Positions 57,642 to 64,000 of a stretch of 64,000 nucleotides of DNA are shown piece by piece. The number at the start of each line of letters is the position of its first letter. Position 1 is the first letter of the stretch. Below the pieces are notes generated by a model. It was not told the DNA's origin, made no database searches, and saw only the letters and a list, made by a program, of their open reading frames with translations. The position numbers and the translations under genes are program-made. Origin of the DNA: an uncultured Acidobacteriaceae bacterium (GTDB taxonomy: Bacteria > Acidobacteriota > Terriglobia > Terriglobales > Acidobacteriaceae); the NCBI GenBank assembly GCA_964528615.1, contig CAZGSU010000024.1, forward strand, positions 10,459-74,458, read 5' to 3'.

Positions 57642-59030
57642 TCAAGACCAGGTGCGGCGCCCGCGAATACGCCCGCTGCGCGGCGTAAAGCCGTCATAGT
57701 GGCGCATCACCAGTTGGGCTTCGATCTGGGTCACCGTGTCCATGGCTACGCCAACCACAATCAGCAGCGATGTGCCGCCAAAGTAAAAGTTGACGCCTAG
57801 CCCGTTGGTCATCCAGGTAGGAAGCCGCTCGAAAAACGCTCCAATCGGCCCGTAGAGATGGTTCAGGTGAATTCCCGTAATCATCCACTCCGGAATGAAG
57901 GAGATGATAATCAGGTAGAGCGCGCCCACCAGCGTGATCCGGGTCAGAATCTCGTTGATGTGGTCCGCAGTGCGCTTGCCAGGACGAATGCCGGGAATGA
58001 ACCCGCCGTACTTGCGCATGTTGTCCGCAACCTCGTTGGGGTTGAAGACAATCGAAACATAGAAATAGGCGAAAAAGATGATTCCCACCGCATACAGAAA
58101 AGTGTAAAGCGGTTCCCCCCATCCCAGGTTGCGGATCAGCTCTCCAAAATAGCGGTTGTTGCGCAGGCTGTAGCCCACGGTCTGCGGCAGGGTCAGGATC
58201 GACGAGGCGAAAATTACCGGCATAACGCCGCCCGAGTTTACCCGCAAGGGCAGGTGCGTAGACTGCCCGCCCATGACCTTGCGCCCGACCACCCGCTTGG
58301 CGTACTGGACCGGGATCCGGCGCTCGCAACGCTCCACGTAGACTATGAAAGCCACCACCAGGATCATCACACCGATCAGCATGATCATGGCCGGCGCAGT
58401 AAAGGCGCCCCAGGCGTCGGTGCGGACCTTGTCGAAGAGATCGATGATTCCACGCGGCAAGCCCACCACAATGCCGGCGAAGATCAGCAGCGACATGCCG
58501 TTGCCCACGCCGCGCTCGGTAATCTGTTCACCCAGCCACATGATGAAGGCGCTCCCCGTGGTCAGGGTCAGCATGGTCATCAGGACGAAGGCCGCGCCGG
58601 GATGGACAACGAAGTCTCCGCTGCGTTGCAGCTGCCAGGCGATGCCGAAAGACTGGATCGAGGCCAGGATCACGGTGAGGTAACGCGTCCACTGCGTGAT
58701 CTTCTTGCGTCCCAGTTCGCCCTCTTTCTGTAGTTTGGCCAGGGGCTCGTAGACCACGGTAAGCAGCTGCAAGATGATCGACGCCGTGATGTACGGCATG
58801 ATGCCCAAAGCGAAGATGGTCAAACGGCGGAGCTGGCCACCGGAAAAGAGATCAACGAAGCCCAGCAGACTGCCTTTGTTCTGCTCAAAAAACTGTTGCA
58901 GCTTGTCCGCATTGACACCCGGCGTGGGGATATGACCGCCCAGGCGGTAAACCGCCAGCAAGCCCAGGGTAAACAGAATGCGCTTGCGCAGGTCCGGAAT
59001 GCGAAAGACGTTGGCCAGTTTTTCCAGCAT
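57642..59030 (-). CDS. secY: preprotein translocase subunit SecY
   Basis: 10-TM protein with LFSGGQLRRLTIFALGIMPYITASI. Confidence 0.97.
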   Translation of the reverse strand: MLEKLANVFRIPDLRKRILFTLGLLAVYRLGGHIPTPGVNADKLQQFFEQNKGSLLGFVDLFSGGQLRRLTIFALGIMPYITASIILQLLTVVYEPLAKLQKEGELGRKKITQWTRYLTVILASIQSFGIAWQLQRSGDFVVHPGAAFVLMTMLTLTTGSAFIMWLGEQITERGVGNGMSLLIFAGIVVGLPRGIIDLFDKVRTDAWGAFTAPAMIMLIGVMILVVAFIVYVERCERRIPVQYAKRVVGRKVMGGQSTHLPLRVNSGGVMPVIFASSILTLPQTVGYSLRNNRYFGELIRNLGWGEPLYTFLYAVGIIFFAYFYVSIVFNPNEVADNMRKYGGFIPGIRPGKRTADHINEILTRITLVGALYLIIISFIPEWMITGIHLNHLYGPIGAFFERLPTWMTNGLGVNFYFGGTSLLIVVGVAMDTVTQIEAQLVMRHYDGFTPRSGRIRGRRTWS

Positions 59031-59034
59031 GGGG

Positions 59035-59469
59035 CTACAACACCTCGAACTTGCCGCCGGCCTTGGTGATCTTCTCCTGGGCCGACTTGGAAAACTTGTG
59101 AGCGTGCACGGTGAGCGCGATGGTAAGTTCCCCGTCGCCCAGCACCTTCAACCGGTTCTTGCCCTTGATCACGCCCGCCTTGCGCAACACCTCGGGCGTG
59201 ATAGTGGTCTCGCCCAGCGCTGCCAGCTTCTCCAGATTCACGATGTTGAATTCCTGGCGGAAGATGTTGGTGAATCCGCGTTTGGGCATGCGGCGATGCA
59301 AAGGCATCTGGCCGCCTTCAAAGCCGCGCATCATGCGCGAGCCGCTGCGTGACCGCTGGCCTTTGTGCCCGCGAGTGGAGGTCTTGCCCATCCCCGAACC
59401 CATACCGCGGCCGACGCGCTTCTTGTTCGCTGTCGCCTTCTTTGGTGCGCGAATATTAGAAAGATTCAT
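59035..59469 (-). CDS. rplO: 50S ribosomal protein L15
   Basis: GRGMGSGMGKTSTRGHKGQRSRSG. Confidence 0.97.
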   Translation of the reverse strand: MNLSNIRAPKKATANKKRVGRGMGSGMGKTSTRGHKGQRSRSGSRMMRGFEGGQMPLHRRMPKRGFTNIFRQEFNIVNLEKLAALGETTITPEVLRKAGVIKGKNRLKVLGDGELTIALTVHAHKFSKSAQEKITKAGGKFEVL

Positions 59470-59477
59470 AGCAATAA

Positions 59478-59540
59478 GCTCTCAGCACAGCTATCAGCTC
59501 CCAGTCTTGCTGAGGACTGATGACTAACGACTTAGGACTG
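59478..59540. repeat. heptad-like inverted arms (CTCAGCW type) (rpmD-rplO spacer)
   Basis: gctctcagcacagctatcagctcccagtc / gctgaggactgatgactaacgac. Confidence 0.7.
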
Positions 59541-59750
59541 AACTATCTCCACCAGATGCGGCACCTTGGCCACCATGCCGCGGATGGCCGGATTGTCAGG
59601 CCGCTCGATCACCTGGTTCAGCCGGGTGAAACCCAGCCCCTTCACCACCAGCTTCTGCTGGACGGGAGCGCAAATGGCGGAGCGCACCCACTTCAACTGG
59701 ATCTTGGCGCCGCCGCCCGCATACGTTTTCTTGGCCAATTTATTGGGCAT
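59532..59750 (-). CDS. rpmD: 50S ribosomal protein L30
   Basis: IQLKWVRSAICAPVQQKLVVKGLGFTRLNQ, plus operon position. Confidence 0.93.
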   Translation of the reverse strand: MPNKLAKKTYAGGGAKIQLKWVRSAICAPVQQKLVVKGLGFTRLNQVIERPDNPAIRGMVAKVPHLVEIVQS

Positions 59751-59752
59751 GA

Positions 59753-60265
59753 TTACAGTTCCTCAGCCGTCTTGCCGCGCATGGCGGCAACGTCACTCCG
59801 GTTCTTCAGATGTTTGAGCGCATCGAACGTCGCCTTGATCACGTTGTGCGGGTTGGTGGTGCCGATGGACTTGGTCAGCACGTTCTGCACTCCCACCGAG
59901 TTCATGACCGCGCGCACCGCGCCGCCGGCGATGACGCCAGTACCTTCCGGAGCCGGTTTCAGCAGCACCCGGCCGGAACCGAAACGTCCCAGCACCAAGT
60001 GTGGAATGCTGGTCTGCGTAAGGTTGACCCGCATCAGGTTCTTCTTCGCCGACTCAATTCCCTTGCGGATGGCCTGGGGGACTTCCTTGGCTTTTCCTGA
60101 GCCGTAGCCTACGACCGCAGCGCTGGGATCTCCCACTACCACCAGGGCAGCGAAGGAGAGGTTCTTGCCTCCCTTAACCACTTTCGTGACGCGATTGATC
60201 GCGACCACTTGGTCTTTCAGTTGGTAAGAATTCGCATCAAGCTTCTTAATGACTGTTGGCATCAT
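59753..60265 (-). CDS. rpsE: 30S ribosomal protein S5
   Basis: [27 protein letters not shown]. Confidence 0.97.
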   Translation of the reverse strand: MMPTVIKKLDANSYQLKDQVVAINRVTKVVKGGKNLSFAALVVVGDPSAAVVGYGSGKAKEVPQAIRKGIESAKKNLMRVNLTQTSIPHLVLGRFGSGRVLLKPAPEGTGVIAGGAVRAVMNSVGVQNVLTKSIGTTNPHNVIKATFDALKHLKNRSDVAAMRGKTAEEL

Positions 60266-60270
60266 GCCTC

Positions 60271-60372
60271 ATTTTGTAATTTCGTAATCGGGTAATTTAG
60301 TAATTGAAAAACTCATCATGTGATTCGGTCTTAAGTTACACAACTACCCAATTACACAATTTCTCAATTCCC
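60271..60372. repeat. heptad-repeat inverted-arm element, family F (rplR-rpsE spacer)
   Basis: Left arm attttgtaatttcgtaatcgggtaatttagtaattg. Right arm gttacacaactacccaattacacaatttctcaattccc. Confidence 0.85.
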
Positions 60373-60737
60373 TAGAACTGCAGTCCGGCTTCACGCGCGG
60401 AATCGGCCAGGGCCTTAACCCGTCCGTGATAAATGTAGCCGCCGCGATCGAATACGACCTTGTTGATCCCCTTGGCCTTGGCGCGCTCGGCGATATTCTT
60501 GCCGACCGTCTTGGCGGCGGCAAGGTTGCCTCCGGTGCGCTTCTCTCCCTTCTTGCCTTCGGCCGAGTTTGCCGACACCAGGGTCGCGCCATGCAGATCG
60601 TCAATCAACTGAACGTAAATATGATTCAGTGAGCGATACACATTCAGCCGCGGCCGCTCGGCGGTGCCGAGAATCTTTTTGCGGATGCGTTCGTGAACGT
60701 GCCGCCGGTTCTGGTTCTTGGAGGTTTGCGTAAGCAT
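60372..60737 (-). CDS. rplR: 50S ribosomal protein L18
   Basis: Start at [42 protein letters not shown]. Confidence 0.96.
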   Translation of the reverse strand: MLTQTSKNQNRRHVHERIRKKILGTAERPRLNVYRSLNHIYVQLIDDLHGATLVSANSAEGKKGEKRTGGNLAAAKTVGKNIAERAKAKGINKVVFDRGGYIYHGRVKALADSAREAGLQF

Positions 60738-60748
60738 TTTTTCCAGTC

Positions 60749-60877
60749 CTTGGCCGTTGGTCGTTGGTCGTTGGCAAAAGCCCAACCATCACGACTCTCA
60801 AATATGGCTGATGGGTATCACCCATCCCTTGCCGTTCGGGGTTGGCCAACGACCAAGGACCAACGACCAACGACGAC
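60749..60877. repeat. heptad-repeat inverted-arm element, family D (rplF-rplR spacer)
   Basis: Left arm ccttggccgttggtcgttggtcgttggc. Right arm ggccaacgaccaaggaccaacgaccaacgacgac. The interior holds the 7-bp hairpin gatgggt atc acccatc. Confidence 0.9.
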
Positions 60878-61416
60878 TACTTCGCTCCCGTCTTCCCAAC
60901 CTTCTTCTTCAAGCGCTCGCCCACATAGCGCACGCCCTTGTTCTTATACGGATCGGGCGGCCGCAGGCTGCGCATTTCGGCTGCGACCTGACCCACCTTC
61001 TGGCGGTCGATGCCGGTGACGCTCAGCTTGGTCTGCTTGGGATCGACCGTCGCTTCAATCCCAACCGGCAGCGGGTACTCAATGGGATGAGAATATCCCA
61101 GGCTGAATACCACGGTGCCCTTTCCCTTCAACTCGGCGCGATATCCGATGCCGACAATTTCCAGTTCGCGGGTCCAGCCCTTGGTGACACCCTCAACCGC
61201 GTTGTTGACCAGGGCGCGGGCCAGCCCGTGCACCGCCGCCTGCGAATCGTTCTCGCGGATGGCCACCAGGTTGCCGTCCTGCTGCTCCACCCGGATGCCG
61301 CGGGGCAGTTGGGTATCCAGCTTGCCCTTGGGCCCCTGCACGGCGACCACGTTGCCCTCAATCTTGACCGCTACCCCCTTGGGGAGCGGGATCGGCTTTC
61401 TTCCAATTCTTGACAT
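60877..61416 (-). CDS. rplF: 50S ribosomal protein L6
   Basis: [22 protein letters not shown]. Confidence 0.97.
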   Translation of the reverse strand: MSRIGRKPIPLPKGVAVKIEGNVVAVQGPKGKLDTQLPRGIRVEQQDGNLVAIRENDSQAAVHGLARALVNNAVEGVTKGWTRELEIVGIGYRAELKGKGTVVFSLGYSHPIEYPLPVGIEATVDPKQTKLSVTGIDRQKVGQVAAEMRSLRPPDPYKNKGVRYVGERLKKKVGKTGAK

Positions 61417-61417
61417 A

Positions 61418-61534
61418 GGCTTCTAGCTTCTAGCTCCTGGCTTCTAGCCAAGTCGCGTTTCTGCGATTACCGCAAGATGTTCCAACTCGCCGCGCTCCGT
61501 AGCTAGTAGCCAGTAGCTAGTAGCTAGAAGCGGC
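61418..61534. repeat. heptad-repeat inverted-arm element, family C (rpsH-rplF spacer)
   Basis: Left arm ggcttctagcttctagctcctggcttctagcc. Right arm gtagctagtagccagtagctagtagctagaagcggc. Confidence 0.9.
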
Positions 61535-61536
61535 TC

Positions 61537-61935
61537 CTACCAAATCTCGCACAGTACTTCGCCGCCAACGCCCTGCTTGCGGGCCTGGCGTCCGGTCATC
61601 ACTCCGCGCGGGGTGGTCAGGATATTGATGCCCAGACCGCCCAGCACGCGCGGGATTTCGCTGCGCCGCACATAGACCCGGCAACCCGGCCGGGAGACGC
61701 GCTCCACGTTCGAGATCGCGGCTTCGTTATTGTTGCCATACTTCAGATAGATCCGCAGGACCTTGTGGCCTTCCTCTTCCGCGGGCTTGAAATTGGAGAT
61801 GTAGCCTTCCTCTTTGAGGATGCGGGCAATCTCCAGCTTCAGCTTGGAAGCGGGAACGTCTACCTTTTGATGGCGGGCGCGGATCGCATTCCGAATGCGC
61901 GCCAGCATGTCTGCGACCGGATCGGTCAACCTCAT
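61537..61935 (-). CDS. rpsH: 30S ribosomal protein S8
   Basis: LTDPVADMLARIRNAIRARH. Confidence 0.97.
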   Translation of the reverse strand: MRLTDPVADMLARIRNAIRARHQKVDVPASKLKLEIARILKEEGYISNFKPAEEEGHKVLRIYLKYGNNNEAAISNVERVSRPGCRVYVRRSEIPRVLGGLGINILTTPRGVMTGRQARKQGVGGEVLCEIW

Positions 61936-62010
61936 CGTTTGCTTCTCCTCCGCCGCCCGTTTGCTTCGGTCATCACTGCCCTGCCCCGAAGAACCCGCGA
62001 CGACGTGCTG

Positions 62011-62035
62011 TGTGGCGCGGGCGCCCTTGCCCGCG
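62011..62035 (+). repeat. GC-rich REP-like 25-mer hairpin, copy 3 (rpsN-rpsH spacer)
   Basis: tgtggcgcgggcgcccttgcccgcg. It differs from the other copies only at the two loop positions. Confidence 0.85.
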
Positions 62036-62046
62036 TCCCTTCTTTC

Positions 62047-62268
62047 CTACCACGACGACTTCGAAACTCCGGGAATTTCTCCCCGCAAAGCCAGCCCCCG
62101 GAAACACAGGCGGCAGATGCCGAATTTGCGCAGATACGCCCGCGGGCGCCCGCACAGTTTGCAGCGGTTGTGTCGGCGCGAGGAAAATTTCAGCTTCGGC
62201 CCTTTGCCGCGCGCCTTGTCATACTTTGCTTCGATCTTTGCGTCCTTCACCCGTTTTGCAGTAGTCAA
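62047..62268 (-). CDS. rpsN: 30S ribosomal protein S14 (zinc-binding form)
   Basis: [40 protein letters not shown]. 73 aa with a short N-terminal extension. Confidence 0.95.
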   Translation of the reverse strand: MTTAKRVKDAKIEAKYDKARGKGPKLKFSSRRHNRCKLCGRPRAYLRKFGICRLCFRGLALRGEIPGVSKSSW

Positions 62269-62278
62269 TTTACCTTTC

Positions 62279-62330
62279 GCTCCTAGCTTCTGGTTGCCAG
62301 ATCTCAGCCTGCAGCCGCCAGCTCTCAGTC
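62279..62330. repeat. heptad fragments (family C piece plus CTCAGCC-type piece) (rplE-rpsN spacer)
   Basis: gctcctagcttctggttgcc followed by cagatctcagcctgcagccgccagctctcagtc. Confidence 0.6.
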
Positions 62331-62367
62331 AAGACCTGATCCAAATCTCTGGCACTCAATTTCTAAT

Positions 62368-62991
62368 CTACGGACGGAACGGCATGCCTAGATGCTTCAA
62401 CAGCAGGCGTGCCTGATCGTCGTTTCCCGCCGTGGTCACGATGGTGACGTTCATCCCCTTGGTCTTGTCCACGCGGGAATAATCGATCTCGGGAAAAATC
62501 AGCTGGTCGTGCAAACCCAGGGTATAGTTTCCGCGGCCATCGAACGACTTGGTTGAGACCCCCTTGAAGTCGCGCACCCGGGGCAGCGCCACGTTCACCA
62601 GCCGATCGAAAAACTCGTACATGCGATCCCCGCGCAGCGTGACCATGGCACCGATGGCCTGGCCTTCGCGCACTTTGAAGGCCGCAATCGACTTCCTGGC
62701 CCGGGTCGTCACCGGCTTCTGGCCCGTAATCTGGCCCAGTTCGTTGACCGCTGGGTCGAGGATCTTGGCGTTCTGAGTGGCTTCGCCCACACCCATGTTG
62801 ACCACGATCTTGTGCAGGTGAGGCACCGCCATCGGGTTCTTCAGGTCGAATTCCTTCATCAAGGCGGGTGCAACTTCAGCCTTGAACCGGCTCTTAAGCC
62901 GGGGCGTCTCCTTGGCGCTGTGATGCGCCTGCGCCGGCTTCGCCTCCTGCTGCTGCTTTTCGCCTTGCTTCTCTTTTTTCTCTTTTGCCAT
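62368..62991 (-). CDS. rplE: 50S ribosomal protein L5
   Basis: [19 protein letters not shown]...VNMGVGEA. About 28-aa Lys/Glu/Gln-rich N-terminal extension. Confidence 0.96.
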   Translation of the reverse strand: MAKEKKEKQGEKQQQEAKPAQAHHSAKETPRLKSRFKAEVAPALMKEFDLKNPMAVPHLHKIVVNMGVGEATQNAKILDPAVNELGQITGQKPVTTRARKSIAAFKVREGQAIGAMVTLRGDRMYEFFDRLVNVALPRVRDFKGVSTKSFDGRGNYTLGLHDQLIFPEIDYSRVDKTKGMNVTIVTTAGNDDQARLLLKHLGMPFRP

Positions 62992-63008
62992 TTGTTTCCT
63001 CTGGAACC

Positions 63009-63086
63009 CAGCTGCTAGCTACTGGCTTCTAGCTTCTAACTTCAAACCGCGGTTTTTTGTGCTCTGGCTAGCAGCTAGCAGCTATT
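63009..63086. repeat. heptad-repeat inverted-arm element, family C (rplX-rplE spacer)
   Basis: Left arm cagctgctagctactggcttctagcttctaac. Right arm ctggctagcagctagcagctatt. Confidence 0.88.
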
Positions 63087-63089
63087 TTG

Positions 63090-63434
63090 CTACTTATCCA
63101 GCGTGGCGCCGCACTTGCGGCACACTCGCACTTTGCGCTCGCCCTGGTACTCGTGCCCGATCCGCACCGGGCGCTTGCAACTGGTACACATCAGGGCCAC
63201 GTTGGAGATGGCAATCCGGCTCTCCTGTTCCGCGATCCCGCCTTTTACGTTCCGCTGCGGATTGGGCCGGACATGCTTCTTGACCAGCATCACGTGCTCG
63301 ACCAGGATCTTGGCGTCGTTGGGAAAAACTCGCAGCACGCGGCCTTCTTTTCCCTTGTCGCGGCCAGTAATCACTTTCACCGTATCGTTGCGGCGAAGGT
63401 CGACTCGTTTGTGTTCTGTCGCTACTGTCTTCAT
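63090..63434 (-). CDS. rplX: 50S ribosomal protein L24 (C-terminal Cys4 zinc-ribbon variant)
   Basis: DTVKVITGRDKGKEGRVLRV KOW motif. C-terminus CTSCKRPVRIGHEYQGERKVRVCRKCG. Confidence 0.96.
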   Translation of the reverse strand: MKTVATEHKRVDLRRNDTVKVITGRDKGKEGRVLRVFPNDAKILVEHVMLVKKHVRPNPQRNVKGGIAEQESRIAISNVALMCTSCKRPVRIGHEYQGERKVRVCRKCGATLDK

Positions 63435-63448
63435 AAGAACCCTTAACC

Positions 63449-63557
63449 AAATTTAGTAATTGAGTAATTTTGTAATTTTGCCATTGAAAATTCATTTCCC
63501 CACTGATTCTGGGTTCAATTACCAAATTGCTCAATTACGCAATTGCTCAATTACTCC
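63449..63557. repeat. heptad-repeat inverted-arm element, family F (rplN-rplX spacer)
   Basis: Left arm aaatttagtaattgagtaattttgtaattttgcc. Right arm caattaccaaattgctcaattacgcaattgctcaattactcc. Confidence 0.88.
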
Positions 63558-63562
63558 ATGCC

Positions 63563-63934
63563 TCACAGAACTTCCGGCGCCAGTGACACGATCTTCAAAA
63601 ACTTTTTCTCGCGCAGTTCGCGGGCTACCGGACCGAACACGCGGGTCCCTACCGGCTCGCCGGCCTCATTGATCAGCACCGCGGCATTCTGGTCGAAGCG
63701 GATGTAGGTGCCATCGCGGCGCCGGTGCTCCTTGCGGGTGCGCACGATCACCGCCTTCACTACTTTCCCCTTCTGCACCTGGCCTTCGGGGGCGGCCTCC
63801 TTCACGCTGGCGGTGATGACATCGCCCAGTCCCGCGTTCAGGCCGGTCGAACCGCCCAGCGGCAGAATCATCTGCAGCTTGCGGGCGCCGGAGTTGTCGG
63901 CGACCTCGAGCATCGTTCTCATCATCACAGCCAT
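63563..63934 (-). CDS. rplN: 50S ribosomal protein L14
   Basis: [22 protein letters not shown] lies 8 nt upstream of the ATG. Confidence 0.97.
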   Translation of the reverse strand: MAVMMRTMLEVADNSGARKLQMILPLGGSTGLNAGLGDVITASVKEAAPEGQVQKGKVVKAVIVRTRKEHRRRDGTYIRFDQNAAVLINEAGEPVGTRVFGPVARELREKKFLKIVSLAPEVL

Positions 63935-63948
63935 GATCTTGACCTCCC

Positions 63949-64000
63949 TCAGCGTTCCAAATCAGCCTTGCTGCTGACGGCGCGCGCTAGCTGACTTCCG
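63949..64000 (-). CDS. rpsQ: probable 3' end of 30S ribosomal protein S17 (partial, off window)
   Basis: Open frame ending ...KADLER then TGA, 14 nt upstream of the rplN ATG. Assigned only from the conserved S17-L14 gene order. Confidence 0.45.
   Translation of the reverse strand, partial: GSQLARAVSSKADLER

Noticed and set aside
63044-63059. aaaccgcggtttttt as an intrinsic terminator inside the rplX-rplE spacer
   Set aside because: The palindrome has no loop, so the usable stem is at most 4 bp. It also points along the plus strand, opposite to the operon.

Overview
GC-rich bacterial chromosomal window. The gene content suggests Acidobacteriota, by inference only: a VWFA-related secreted protein of the type common in acidobacteria, many TonB_C, TPR and Ig-like secreted proteins, lptB-rpoN-hpf, rimP-nusA-infB-DUF503-rbfA-nrnA, and a complete spc/alpha ribosomal-protein operon (rpsQ' to rplQ) on the minus strand. 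About 69 CDS are supportable. One is disrupted by two frameshifts, and rpmJ is missing from the ORF track. I saw no tRNA, rRNA, CRISPR array or transposase gene. The main signal is non-coding. Nearly every intergenic spacer longer than about 60 nt carries arrays of degenerate 7-nt tandem repeats arranged as inverted arms, with the T-rich arm 5' and the A-rich arm 3'. There are at least seven sequence families, with units roughly GTTTCYR, CAGTCKT, GCTNCTR, GYCKTTG, GTAATTK, RGCAYTT and GACTTYR. These arrays expand the normally tight ribosomal-operon spacers to 58-220 nt. A separate 25-nt GC-rich REP-like hairpin occurs three times direct and once inverted. In one place an inverted pair brackets a heptad array, which looks MITE-like. 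Secondary points are a candidate promoter plus intrinsic terminator in the rimP-nusA leader; a 750-aa membrane-anchored multi-OstA-repeat protein in place of separate lptC/lptA; a 742-aa protein with a class III cyclase-like domain; a TPR protein whose HExxH site reads RExxR; and a Zn-ribbon form of L24. No defence, toxin or biosynthetic gene system is evident. All family assignments come from reading the translations by eye, with no database search.
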